Shown one piece after another: positions 1 to 8,872 of a stretch of DNA of 32,000 nt. The notes under the pieces are model-generated. The model made no database searches, was not told the DNA's origin, and was given only the letters and a program-made list of their open reading frames with translations. Position 1 is the first letter of the stretch; each line of letters begins with the position of its first letter. The position numbers were made by a program, and so were the translations under genes. Source of the DNA: Mycolicibacterium smegmatis. GTDB taxonomy: Bacteria; Actinomycetota; Actinomycetes; Mycobacteriales; Mycobacteriaceae. Location: positions 1,050,001-1,082,000 of the forward strand of contig NZ_LN831039.1 of NCBI RefSeq assembly GCF_001457595.1, written 5' to 3'.

Positions 1-2
1 GC

Positions 3-503
3 GACTGGCGGCTCAACGAGCGCCACTACGGCGCGCTGCAGGGCCTGGACAAGGCCGAGACCAAGGAGAAGTACGGCGAAGAGCAGTTCATGGCGTGGCG
101 CCGCAGCTACGACACCCCGCCGCCGCCCATCGAGAAGGGCAGCAAGTACAGCCAGGACGCCGATCCGCGCTACGCCGACATCGACGGCGGCCCGTTGACC
201 GAATGCCTCAAAGACGTCGTCGAGCGGTTCGTGCCGTACTACGAGAGCGCGATCTTGCCCGATCTGAAGGCGGGCAAGACCGTGCTGATCGCCGCCCACG
301 GCAACTCGCTGCGCGCGCTGGTGAAGTACCTCGACGGCATGTCCGACGAGGAGGTCGTCGGCCTCAACATCCCGACCGGCATCCCGCTGCGCTACGACCT
401 CGACGAGAACCTCAAGCCCGTCAAGATCGGCGGTGAGTACCTCGATCCCGAGGCGGCCGCCGCCGGTGCGGCCGCCGTCGCCGCCCAGGGCGCGAAGAAG
501 TAG
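3..503 (+). CDS. gpm1: 2,3-bisphosphoglycerate-dependent phosphoglycerate mutase, 3' part (truncated by window edge)
   Basis: Frame from nt 3 reads [41 protein letters not shown]...[32 protein letters not shown], typical of GpmA; followed by senX3-regX3 as in other mycobacteria. Confidence 0.96.
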   Translation, partial: DWRLNERHYGALQGLDKAETKEKYGEEQFMAWRRSYDTPPPPIEKGSKYSQDADPRYADIDGGPLTECLKDVVERFVPYYESAILPDLKAGKTVLIAAHGNSLRALVKYLDGMSDEEVVGLNIPTGIPLRYDLDENLKPVKIGGEYLDPEAAAAGAAAVAAQGAKK

Positions 504-518
504 CCGACACCCGGATTC

Positions 519-581
519 CGCCGAAACCGCATTCCAGCAGGCGTGCACTCGCACTTTTCCTGACGGAATGCGGTTTCGGCG
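519..581. repeat. Nested inverted-repeat element, copy 1 (17-bp perfect outer stem, 29-nt loop with two inner 4-bp stems)
   Basis: CGCCGAAACCGCATTCC (519-535) is the exact reverse complement of GGAATGCGGTTTCGGCG (565-581). The loop holds CAGG/CCTG (538-541/559-562) and GTGC/GCAC (543-546/551-554). A near-identical copy lies at 17444-17506. Confidence 0.9.
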
Positions 582-692
582 TTTCAGGTGAGAAGTGATC
601 GAGCAGGCGGTATCGGCCGGGTTAACGACAGCCGAACACCTGTCTTTCCTCGTGTGACATGTCTCGAATCGGCCGTTCGCTGCTGGGCTGAC

Positions 693-718
693 GTTCACCG
701 GATGCGTACGATTTTCGC
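693..718 (+). promoter_or_regulatory. Putative senX3 promoter with PHO-box-like GTTCACC and TACGAT -10 hexamer
   Basis: GTTCACC at 693-699; TACGAT at 707-712, placing a start at or next to GTG 719; no Shine-Dalgarno visible before GTG 719. Confidence 0.35.
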
Positions 719-1909
719 GTGAGCTTGGTGTCGGCGTTACTGCTGACGGCGCTCGTGTCGCTCCTCACGCTGATCGCAGGCGTGGCAGTGGGCGTCACCG
801 TGGTGCCCCGCATCGTGGCCCGCCGGCAACGGCGTGCTGCGGACGCGGCGGGCATGACGGTCTCGCAGATGCTGCAGCACATCACGTCCCTGTCGCCGAT
901 GGGCGTCGCGGTCGTCGACACCTTCAACGACGTCGTCTACAGCAATGACCGGGCCGTCGAGCTCAACGTGGTCCGCGACCGCATTCTCGACGACCGGGCC
1001 TGGCAGGCCGCCCAGCGCGTCTTCGAGACCGGTCAGGACGTCGAGGTGGACCTCTCACCGCTCAAGGTCGCCAATCCGGGCCGGTCGGGCATCTCGGTGC
1101 GCGGCAAGGTGCGGCTGCTGACCGACGACGACCGGCGCTTCGCCGTCGTCTACATCGACGACCAGTCCGAGCACGCACGCATGGAAGCCACCCGGCGCGA
1201 CTTCGTCGCGAACGTCAGCCACGAGCTCAAGACACCGGTGGGTGCCATGAGCGTGCTGGCCGAGGCCCTGCTGGCCTCGGCCGACGACCCCGACACCGTG
1301 CGCCGGTTCGCCGAGAAGATGGTCGCCGAGTCACACCGCCTCGCGGACATGATCGGTGAGCTCATCGAACTCTCGCGGCTGCAGGGTGCCGAGCGTCTGC
1401 CCGATCTGGACGCCGTGGACGTCGACAGCATCGTGTCCGAGGCGGTGTCGCGGCACAAGGTCGCCGCGGACAACTCGCAGATCTCGATCACCACCGACGC
1501 GCCGACCGGATACCGCGTCCTCGGCGACGAAGGCCTGCTGGTGACCGCGATCGCCAACCTGGTGTCCAATGCGATCGCCTACTCGCCCAACGGAACCGAC
1601 GTGTCGATCAGCCGGCGCAAACGCGGCGGCAACATCGAGATCGCGGTCACCGACCGTGGCATCGGCATCGCCAAGGACGATCAGGAGCGGGTGTTCGAGC
1701 GGTTCTTCCGCGTCGACAAGGCGCGGTCGCGAGCCACGGGTGGCACCGGGCTCGGACTGGCGATCGTCAAACACGTGGCCGCCAACCACAACGGATCCAT
1801 CCGGCTGTGGAGTCAGCCGGGAACGGGGTCGACGTTCACGTTGTCGATCCCCGAATACCCCGACCCCGAATCACATTCGGACGAACGAGAGGACCAACGA
1901 GAACGATGA
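719..1909 (+). CDS. senX3: Sensor histidine kinase SenX3
   Basis: N-terminal TM segment, PAS-like region, HisKA motif [16 protein letters not shown], HATPase motifs [22 protein letters not shown] and [12 protein letters not shown]; adjacent regX3. Confidence 0.97.
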   Translation: MSLVSALLLTALVSLLTLIAGVAVGVTVVPRIVARRQRRAADAAGMTVSQMLQHITSLSPMGVAVVDTFNDVVYSNDRAVELNVVRDRILDDRAWQAAQRVFETGQDVEVDLSPLKVANPGRSGISVRGKVRLLTDDDRRFAVVYIDDQSEHARMEATRRDFVANVSHELKTPVGAMSVLAEALLASADDPDTVRRFAEKMVAESHRLADMIGELIELSRLQGAERLPDLDAVDVDSIVSEAVSRHKVAADNSQISITTDAPTGYRVLGDEGLLVTAIANLVSNAIAYSPNGTDVSISRRKRGGNIEIAVTDRGIGIAKDDQERVFERFFRVDKARSRATGGTGLGLAIVKHVAANHNGSIRLWSQPGTGSTFTLSIPEYPDPESHSDEREDQRER

Positions 1910-2592
1910 CCAGCGTGTTGATCGTTGAAGACGAGGAATCGCTGGCCGATCCCTTGGCGTTTCTGCTCCGTAAGGAGGGCTTCGAGGCCACCGTGGTGGG
2001 CGACGGCCCGTCGGCCCTCGCGGAGTTCGAACGCTCCGGCGCCGACATCGTGCTGCTGGATCTCATGCTCCCCGGCATGAGTGGCACCGACGTGTGCAAG
2101 CAGTTGCGTGCGCGGTCAAGCGTCCCCGTCATCATGGTGACGGCGCGCGACAGCGAGATCGACAAGGTGGTCGGCCTCGAGCTCGGTGCTGACGACTACG
2201 TCACCAAGCCGTACTCGGCGCGTGAACTCATCGCCCGGATTCGTGCGGTGTTGCGCCGTGGCGCCGACAACGACGACGCGGGCGCCGACGACGGTGTGCT
2301 GGAGGCCGGTCCCGTGCGCATGGACGTCGAACGACACGTGGTGAGCGTCAACGGTGAACCGATCACGTTGCCGCTCAAGGAGTTCGACCTGCTCGAGTAC
2401 CTGATGCGCAACAGTGGTCGCGTGCTCACCCGCGGTCAGCTCATCGACCGGGTGTGGGGTGCGGACTACGTCGGCGACACCAAAACCCTTGACGTGCACG
2501 TCAAAAGGCTGCGGTCGAAGATCGAGGAGGATCCGGCCAACCCGGTGCACCTGGTGACCGTACGCGGCCTGGGATACAAGCTGGAGGGCTGA
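1906..2592 (+). CDS. regX3: Two-component response regulator RegX3 (OmpR/PhoB family)
   Basis: [31 protein letters not shown]...DLMLPGMSG...[18 protein letters not shown] plus C-terminal winged helix. The ORF track starts upstream at 1807; ATG 1906 overlaps the senX3 stop (ATGA). Confidence 0.97.
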   Translation: MTSVLIVEDEESLADPLAFLLRKEGFEATVVGDGPSALAEFERSGADIVLLDLMLPGMSGTDVCKQLRARSSVPVIMVTARDSEIDKVVGLELGADDYVTKPYSARELIARIRAVLRRGADNDDAGADDGVLEAGPVRMDVERHVVSVNGEPITLPLKEFDLLEYLMRNSGRVLTRGQLIDRVWGADYVGDTKTLDVHVKRLRSKIEEDPANPVHLVTVRGLGYKLEG

Positions 2593-2615
2593 ACCCGGCG
2601 CTGAGCCGCCGCCGG

Positions 2616-3416
2616 CTACCGCTGCGGGCCGGATGTCCCGCTCTCGGCCAGCCGCGTCGCCGGATGGACGGCGACCAGCCCTAAACGGCTGCGGCGCTTG
2701 CAGATTGCCGCCAGCTCGGCGTAGGCCTTCTCGCCCAGCAGGGCGGTCAGCTCGGGTGCGTAGGACTCCCACACCGGTCGGCTGCCCACGTGTGCGTTCG
2801 GATCGCCCGTGCAGTACCAGTGCAGGTCGGCACCGCCCTCGCCCCACCCGCGGCGGTCGTACTCGGTGATGACCGTCTTGAGGATCTGCGTGCCGTCGGG
2901 CCGTTCGACCCAGTCCTGGCTGCGCCGGATCGGCAGCTGCCAGCACACGTCGGGCTTCATGGTCCACGGCTCGACACCGAGCTTGAGCGCCTTGCTGTGC
3001 AGCGCGCACCCGATGCCCGCCGGGAAGCCGGGGCGGTTCAGAAAGATGCAGGCGCCCTTGTACTTCCGGGTACGCAGGTTCGGCTTGCCGTCGTACTCGT
3101 CGTCCTCGAGGTAGCCCTTCTTGCCCAGGCCCTTCTCGCGGAACTGCCAGTCCTCGTCGGTGAGCTGCTTGACGGCGTCGTCGAGCCGGGCCCGGTCGTC
3201 GTCGTCGGACAGGAACGCGCCGTGCGAGCAGCAACCGTCGTCGGGGCGGCCCTCCACGGTGCCCTGGCACGCCGGGGTGCCGAACACGCACGTCCAGCGG
3301 GACAGCAGCCAGGTCATGTCCGCCGCGATGAGATGGTCCGCGTCATCGGGGTCGTAGAACTCCACCCACTCACGGGCGAAGTCGAGTTCAACCTCACCAG
3401 GATGCACACGTGTCAC
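2616..3416 (-). CDS. Conserved cysteine-rich hypothetical protein (Rv0495c-like)
   Basis: [69 protein letters not shown]...[25 protein letters not shown]...[15 protein letters not shown]. Start set at GTG (complement of 3414-3416) because residues upstream in the track ORF look non-coding. Confidence 0.85.
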   Translation of the reverse strand: MTRVHPGEVELDFAREWVEFYDPDDADHLIAADMTWLLSRWTCVFGTPACQGTVEGRPDDGCCSHGAFLSDDDDRARLDDAVKQLTDEDWQFREKGLGKKGYLEDDEYDGKPNLRTRKYKGACIFLNRPGFPAGIGCALHSKALKLGVEPWTMKPDVCWQLPIRRSQDWVERPDGTQILKTVITEYDRRGWGEGGADLHWYCTGDPNAHVGSRPVWESYAPELTALLGEKAYAELAAICKRRSRLGLVAVHPATRLAESGTSGPQR

Positions 3417-3517
3417 AGTGCAAACGCTACTCGTTTCCCTCGCCCCGGGCCGACCGGGCGCGGCCCGGCCCGCGGGTCCACTACGGAACCCACAGGACGA
3501 CCGACTAGGTTTGACCC

Positions 3518-4489
3518 GTGCGGTTAGGTGTGCTCGATGTGGGCAGCAACACAGTCCATCTTCTCGTGGTGGATGCGCACCGTGGTGGCCATCCCACCCC
3601 GATGAGTTCCACCAAGGCCGCACTGCGCCTCGCCGAGGCCATCGACGGCTCCGGCAAACTCACGCGAAAAGGCGCCGACAAGCTGGTCGCGACCGTCGAC
3701 GAATTCGCCAAGATCGCCACGAGTTCCGGCTGTGCCGAGCTCATGGCCTTTGCCACCTCGGCGGTGCGTGACGCCACCAACTCCGAAGACGTGCTGGCCA
3801 GGGTCCGCGCCGAGACCGGGGTGTCCCTGCAGGTGCTCAGCGGCGTCGACGAATCACGGCTGACCTTCCTGGCAGTGCGCCGCTGGTACGGCTGGAGCGC
3901 GGGCCGCATCATCAACATCGACATCGGCGGCGGTTCGCTGGAGCTGTCCAACGGGGTCGACGAGGAACCCGAGGTGGCGTTGTCGCTGCCGCTGGGCGCG
4001 GGCCGGTTGACCAGGGAGTGGCTGCCCGACGATCCACCGGGGCGCAGGGCTGTCGCGATGCTGCGCGACTGGCTCGCCACCGAGCTCGCCGACGCGGGCG
4101 CCACGATACGGCGCGCCGGGGCTCCTGACCTGGCCGTGGCGACGTCGAAGACGTTCAGGTCGCTGGCCCGGCTGACCGGAGCGGCACCGTCAGGGGCGGG
4201 CCCCCGCGTCAAGCGGACGCTCACCGCGACCGGATTAAGACAGCTCATAGCTTTCATCTCTAGGATGACGGCGGCTGACCGCGCTGAACTGGAAGGGGTG
4301 AGTGCCGAACGGGCTCCACAGATCGTGGCCGGTGCTTTGGTTGCTGAAGCTAGTATGCGAGCACTGGAAATCGAATCCGTCGACATTTGCCCCTGGGCGT
4401 TGCGGGAAGGGCTGATCCTGCGGAAGCTCGACAGCGAGGCCGATGGAACCGCCCTGGTGGCCGCGGCTGCGCGCGACGCCGGACGATAA
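3518..4489 (+). CDS. ppx1: Ppx/GppA-family exopolyphosphatase
   Basis: [45 protein letters not shown] and the matching gene order identify a mycobacterial Ppx1. Confidence 0.92.
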   Translation: MRLGVLDVGSNTVHLLVVDAHRGGHPTPMSSTKAALRLAEAIDGSGKLTRKGADKLVATVDEFAKIATSSGCAELMAFATSAVRDATNSEDVLARVRAETGVSLQVLSGVDESRLTFLAVRRWYGWSAGRIINIDIGGGSLELSNGVDEEPEVALSLPLGAGRLTREWLPDDPPGRRAVAMLRDWLATELADAGATIRRAGAPDLAVATSKTFRSLARLTGAAPSGAGPRVKRTLTATGLRQLIAFISRMTAADRAELEGVSAERAPQIVAGALVAEASMRALEIESVDICPWALREGLILRKLDSEADGTALVAAAARDAGR

Positions 4490-4518
4490 GGAAGAGCTAG
4501 CCCCTAAGGCAACACGAC

Positions 4519-5589
4519 ATGACAGGACCTGAAGATAGCCAGACCCCCTCGCGGCCGATATCGGTCGCGGAGTTGCTGGCCAAGAACGGAACGATCGGGG
4601 CACCGCCCGTCGGCGGGCGACGTCGGCGCAGGCGCGGTAACGCCGACGCGGTGACTGTTGCCGAACTCACGGGCGAGATTCCCGTCATCACCGACGACGA
4701 CTCGGCGCCGCAGACCTCGCGCCGGCAACGCGAACGTGACACGAGCCTCGAAGAGACCACTGTGGTCGAGGCGGTCCCGGCCCGCGAAGAAGCGCCGCAG
4801 GCAGCCCCCGAGAAGACCCCCGAAACCGAACCCCGGCCCGCGCGCAACGGCGCCACGCCGCGGGAGGCCGCCGTCGTCGCGGACCAACCCGCCCCGGATG
4901 CCGGCGCGGCCAGGGATGCCGAGGCCGACTACGACGCGCACCTGAAGACGCGCGAGATCGACCCGGAGCCTGTCGAATTCCGGCCGCGGCCCCGACGCAA
5001 CCAGTTCGCGTCGGGCACGCGCGAGTACACCCCGAGTGGTACCGGCGCCGAGCAGATGAGCCCGGACCCGCTCGACGATCTCGACGACGGCGCCCCCGAC
5101 ACCGGGCTCGATTCCGGTTTCGAGGCCGACACAGCCGACGACACCGGTCCGGACCGCCGCGATGCGCGCGACGCGTCGTACCCGCTGGGGTCGCTGTTCG
5201 GCGGACCGTCGGTCGACGACGACCTGGACCGGGATCTCGAAAGGGATCTGGACCGCGAGGACGACGAGTACGCCGACGACCTCGCCGATGAACTCGACGA
5301 GGACGACGAGGTCGACGAGGACGAGGGTTCACCGCTGGTGCGGGGGCTGTGGGTTGTCGCGCAGTGCGTCATCGCGGTCGCGTTCGGCGCGGGCCTGTTC
5401 GTCGCGTTCGACCAGCTGTGGAAGTGGAACACCATCGTCGCGCTGGTGCTCGGCGTGCTGGTGATCCTCGGCCTGGCAGGCGGTGTGCGCGTGGTCCGCA
5501 AGACCGAGGACATCGGCAGCACACTCACCGCGGTGGCCGTCGGTGCGCTCGTGACGTTCGGGCCGCTGGCTCTGCTGCAGGCGAGCTGA
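4519..5589 (+). CDS. Membrane protein with long disordered acidic/proline-rich N-terminus and C-terminal TM helices (Rv0497-like)
   Basis: Pro/Arg/Asp/Glu-rich first ~265 residues, then LVRGLWVVAQCVIAVAFGAGLFVAFDQLWKWNTIVALVLGVLVILGLAGG and a further hydrophobic segment. Confidence 0.85.
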   Translation: MTGPEDSQTPSRPISVAELLAKNGTIGAPPVGGRRRRRRGNADAVTVAELTGEIPVITDDDSAPQTSRRQRERDTSLEETTVVEAVPAREEAPQAAPEKTPETEPRPARNGATPREAAVVADQPAPDAGAARDAEADYDAHLKTREIDPEPVEFRPRPRRNQFASGTREYTPSGTGAEQMSPDPLDDLDDGAPDTGLDSGFEADTADDTGPDRRDARDASYPLGSLFGGPSVDDDLDRDLERDLDREDDEYADDLADELDEDDEVDEDEGSPLVRGLWVVAQCVIAVAFGAGLFVAFDQLWKWNTIVALVLGVLVILGLAGGVRVVRKTEDIGSTLTAVAVGALVTFGPLALLQAS

Positions 5590-5611
5590 GCGCGCCGGTA
5601 GACGATCAACT

Positions 5612-6457
5612 GTGCGCCCCGCCATCAAGGTCGGCCTGTCCACGGCTTCCGTCTACCCGCTGAGAACCGAGGCGGCCTTCGAGATCGCGGCACGCCTCGG
5701 CTACGACGGTGTCGAGCTGATGGTGTGGGCCGAATCGGTCAGCCAGGACATCGACGCCGTCGAGAAACTGTCGGCGAACTACGGCGTCCCGGTGCTGTCG
5801 GTGCACGCGCCGTGTCTGCTGATCTCGCAACGCGTATGGGGCGCCAACCCGATCACCAAACTGGAGCGCAGTGTGCGCGCGGCCGAGCAGCTCGGTGCAC
5901 AGACCGTCGTCGTCCACCCGCCGTTCCGGTGGCAGCGCCGCTACGCCGAGGGGTTCAGCGAGCAGGTCGCCGAACTGGAGGCGGGCAGTGACGTCATGGT
6001 CGCCGTCGAGAACATGTTCCCCTTCCGTGCGGACCGGTTCTTCGGTGCGGGCCAGACCTCGATCGAGCGCATGCGCAAACGCGGGGGCAGGCCGGGACCG
6101 GGCATCTCGGCGTTCGCGCCGTCGTACGACCCGCTGGACGGCAATCACGCGCACTACACGCTCGATCTGAGCCACACCGCGACGGCAGGCACCGATGCGG
6201 TGGACATGGCTCGGCGCATGGGCGACGGGCTCGTGCATCTGCACCTGGCCGACGGCAACGGGGCCTCGACCGACGAGCACCTGGTTCCCGGCCGTGGCAC
6301 GCAGCCGGTCGCCCAGGTGTGCCGGATGCTCGCCGAGAGTGATTTCGCCGGGCATGTGGTGCTGGAGGTGACCACGCAGACCGCGCGCACCAACTCCGAG
6401 CGTGAGGCGCTTCTGACCGAGTCGCTACAGTTCGCCCGCAAGCATCTGCTGCGCTGA
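5612..6457 (+). CDS. Sugar phosphate isomerase/epimerase family protein (xylose isomerase-like TIM barrel)
   Basis: MRPAIKVGLSTASVYPLRTEAAFEIAARLGYDGVELMVWAESVSQD...VVHPPFRWQRRYAEGF...VAVENMFPF...HLADG. Confidence 0.85.
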   Translation: MRPAIKVGLSTASVYPLRTEAAFEIAARLGYDGVELMVWAESVSQDIDAVEKLSANYGVPVLSVHAPCLLISQRVWGANPITKLERSVRAAEQLGAQTVVVHPPFRWQRRYAEGFSEQVAELEAGSDVMVAVENMFPFRADRFFGAGQTSIERMRKRGGRPGPGISAFAPSYDPLDGNHAHYTLDLSHTATAGTDAVDMARRMGDGLVHLHLADGNGASTDEHLVPGRGTQPVAQVCRMLAESDFAGHVVLEVTTQTARTNSEREALLTESLQFARKHLLR

Positions 6458-6489
6458 AGTCTTCGCTGCAGTCCCCAGAAGGAGGCGAT

Positions 6490-7305
6490 GTGTCGGCCTC
6501 GACGCTGTTCACCGATGCCATGGCGCTCACCCCTGCCGGTGACGGGATCTATGACGGCGCACTCAACGAACACTGGACGATCGGGCCCAAGGTGCACGGC
6601 GGCGCGATGCTCGCGCTGTGCGCCAACGCCGCGCAGACCCAGATCGGGGGCGGCCTCCAGCCGATCGCCGTGAGCGGCAACTTCCTGTGGGCACCCGACC
6701 CCGGTCCCATGCGTCTGGTCACCACGGTGTGCAAGCGCGGCAGGCGGATCAGCGTCGTCGACGTCGAACTCAACCAGGGCGCCCGCACGGCCGTGCGGGC
6801 GTCGGTGACGCTCGGCGAACCCGAACACCATGTCGCCCCGCTGCTGTCGTTCAACCCGGTGACCCCGATCATGGCGCCCGAACCGCCGCCCGGGATCGCC
6901 CCGATCGGTCCGGGACATCCGATGGAGCACATCGTGCACCTGGCGCACGGCTGCGACATCCGGCCTGCCCTGCACACGCTCGGGGCCCGCGAGAGCGGTG
7001 GTCCGCCGGTGTTCGAGTACTGGGTGCGCCCCAAGGGCGTCGCGCCGGACGTCCTGTTCGCGCTCCTGTGCGGCGACGTGTCCGCGCCGGTGACCTTTGC
7101 CGTGGAGCGCACCGGTTGGGCGCCCACGGTCCAGCTGACGGCGTATCTGCGTGGTCTGCCTGCCGACGGCTGGCTGCGCGTCATGTGCACGACGGTGCAG
7201 ATCGGCGAGGGCTGGTTCGACGAGGACCACACCGTGGTCGACTGCGAGGGCCGCATCATCGTGCAGTCGCGGCAGCTCGCGATGGTCCCCACCGCCCAGG
7301 GATAG
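6490..7305 (+). CDS. Thioesterase family protein (hotdog fold)
   Basis: DGIYDGALNEHWTIGPKVHGGAMLALCANAAQTQIGGG...HEHVVHLAHGCDIRP-type layout; conserved position before proC (Rv0499-like). Confidence 0.7.
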   Translation: MSASTLFTDAMALTPAGDGIYDGALNEHWTIGPKVHGGAMLALCANAAQTQIGGGLQPIAVSGNFLWAPDPGPMRLVTTVCKRGRRISVVDVELNQGARTAVRASVTLGEPEHHVAPLLSFNPVTPIMAPEPPPGIAPIGPGHPMEHIVHLAHGCDIRPALHTLGARESGGPPVFEYWVRPKGVAPDVLFALLCGDVSAPVTFAVERTGWAPTVQLTAYLRGLPADGWLRVMCTTVQIGEGWFDEDHTVVDCEGRIIVQSRQLAMVPTAQG

Positions 7306-7330
7306 CCGACGACCATGAAATGCTGACCGC

Positions 7331-8191
7331 ATGTCGAGAATCGCGATCATCGGCGGCGGAAGCATGGGTGAGGCACTGTTGTCCGGCCTGCTCCGGGCCG
7401 GCAGGCAGGTCAAGGACATGGTCGTTGCGGAGAAGTTCCCCGAGCGTGCCAAGTACCTGGCGGACAAGTACTCCGTGCGGGTGACGTCGGTTGCCGACGC
7501 CGCCGAGAATGCCCACTACGTCGTCGTCGCCGTCAAGCCAGCCGACGTCGAGAAGGTGATCGGCGAGATCGCCGAGGCCGCTGCCAACGCCGAGACCGAT
7601 ACGGCCGAGCAGGTTTTCGTCACCATCGCGGCCGGGGTCGGCACCGCGTACTACGAGGCCAAGCTGCCCGCGGGCTCGCCGGTGATCCGGGTGATGCCCA
7701 ATGCGCCGGTGATCGTCGGCGGCGGCGTCAGCGCGCTGGCACCCGGTCGCTTCGCGACGCCCGAGCAGCTCAAGGAGGTCTCGACGCTGTTCGACGCGGT
7801 CGGTGGCGTCATCACGGTCTCCGAGTCCCAACTGGACGCCGTCACGGCCCTGTCCGGTTCGGGCCCGGCGTACTTCTTCCTGATGGCCGAGGCGATGGTC
7901 GACGCCGGGGTGGCTGTCGGGCTGTCGCGTGCCGTGGCGACCGATCTGGTTGCCCAGACGATGGCCGGTTCGGCCGCGATGCTGCTGGACCGCCTGGATC
8001 AGGTGAACGCCGCGGGAGGCGCGGCGCTGGACACCACACCGGCCCAGTTGCGGGCCACCGTCACCTCGCCGGCCGGCACAACCGCCGCTGGTCTGCGCGA
8101 ACTCGAGCGGGGCGGGCTGCGCGCCGCGGTGGCAAATGCCGTGGAAGCCGCGAAAACGCGCTCTGAGCAGCTAGGAATTACATCGGAGTAA
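7331..8191 (+). CDS. proC: Pyrroline-5-carboxylate reductase
   Basis: MSRIAIIGGGSMGEALLSGLLRAGRQ (NAD(P) binding), VIRVMPNAPVIVGGGVSAL, ALSGSGPAYFFLMAEAMVDAGV, TSPAGTTAAGLRELE. Confidence 0.96.
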   Translation: MSRIAIIGGGSMGEALLSGLLRAGRQVKDMVVAEKFPERAKYLADKYSVRVTSVADAAENAHYVVVAVKPADVEKVIGEIAEAAANAETDTAEQVFVTIAAGVGTAYYEAKLPAGSPVIRVMPNAPVIVGGGVSALAPGRFATPEQLKEVSTLFDAVGGVITVSESQLDAVTALSGSGPAYFFLMAEAMVDAGVAVGLSRAVATDLVAQTMAGSAAMLLDRLDQVNAAGGAALDTTPAQLRATVTSPAGTTAAGLRELERGGLRAAVANAVEAAKTRSEQLGITSE

Positions 8192-8329
8192 TTCAACAAA
8201 TTCCAATGGATTACCCCACACCCGTCGCAGTAACCCCACCCGCCACGCTATTCTCCCCTTGTATGCGCGGGTTGGTGCCGGCGGTGGGGAAGCCGCCGGG
8301 ACTGCCCGTGCCTGATTGATTGGGTTGCG

Positions 8330-8557
8330 ATGACGTCTATGAACGGGCCATCGGCGCGGGATGCTGGCGACGGCCAGCCCCGAGCTCAATTTCTGACGGT
8401 CGCCGAGGTGGCGAGCTTGATGAGGGTCTCGAAGATGACGGTGTACCGGCTGGTGCACAACGGTGAATTGCCCGCGGTCCGCGTGGGCCGGTCGTTCCGT
8501 GTGCACGCCAAAGCCGTTCACGACCTGCTGGAGACCTCGTACTTCGACGCGGGCTGA
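8330..8557 (+). CDS. Small excisionase/MerR-like helix-turn-helix DNA-binding protein (Rv0500A-like)
   Basis: FLTVAEVASLMRVSKMTVYRLVHNGELPAVRVGRSFRVHAKAVHDLLETSYFDAG is a classic excisionase-type HTH. Confidence 0.9.
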   Translation: MTSMNGPSARDAGDGQPRAQFLTVAEVASLMRVSKMTVYRLVHNGELPAVRVGRSFRVHAKAVHDLLETSYFDAG

Positions 8558-8611
8558 TCGGGGTATCACCGGCGTCCGGCGGACCCGGGGCAACGCGTCA
8601 GACGGCGATCT

Positions 8612-8631
8612 GAGGCGTCCCCGGGCGCCTC
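8612..8631 (+). terminator. Possible hairpin downstream of the HTH gene
   Basis: GAGGCG (8612-8617) / CGCCTC (8626-8631), 8-nt loop, no U-tract. Confidence 0.3.
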
Positions 8632-8682
8632 GTGCCGCCCGCCGGAGCCCGCGCAGAGCGGCCGTTTTCCGTTTACCGGGCA

Positions 8683-8705
8683 GACCCGGGTAAGGTAACC
8701 GGGTC
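8683..8705. promoter_or_regulatory. Inverted repeat upstream of the 33-aa bS22-like ORF
   Basis: GACCCGGGTA AGG TAACCGGGTC: 10-nt arms with one mismatch around a 3-nt centre, 37-59 bp before ATG 8742. Confidence 0.5.
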
Positions 8706-8741
8706 AATCAACGGCTTTAGATAGCGGAGACTGCGGAGTCT

Positions 8742-8843
8742 ATGGGTTCAGTCATCAAGAAGCGGCGTAAGCGTATGTCGAAGAAGAAGCATCGCAAGCT
8801 GCTTCGGCGAACTCGCGTGCAGCGCAGAAAACTCGGTAAGTAA
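8742..8843 (+). CDS. 33-aa highly basic AURKAIP1/COX24-domain-like protein, probable small ribosomal subunit protein bS22 (absent from the supplied ORF track)
   Basis: Translated directly: [33 protein letters not shown]. Same position as Rv0500B between the HTH gene and galE-like gene. Confidence 0.9.
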
Positions 8844-8872
8844 CTTTCTGCCGCGGCCGCTAGGCTGGGCCG

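Noticed and set aside
6154-7467. 437-aa minus-strand ORF antisense to the thioesterase-like gene
   Set aside because: No family motifs, and overlaps good plus-strand genes almost completely.
8205-8270. Near-repeat TTACCCCACACCCG / GTAACCCCACCCG after proC
   Set aside because: Two short degenerate copies only; not enough to support a regulatory or mobile element call.
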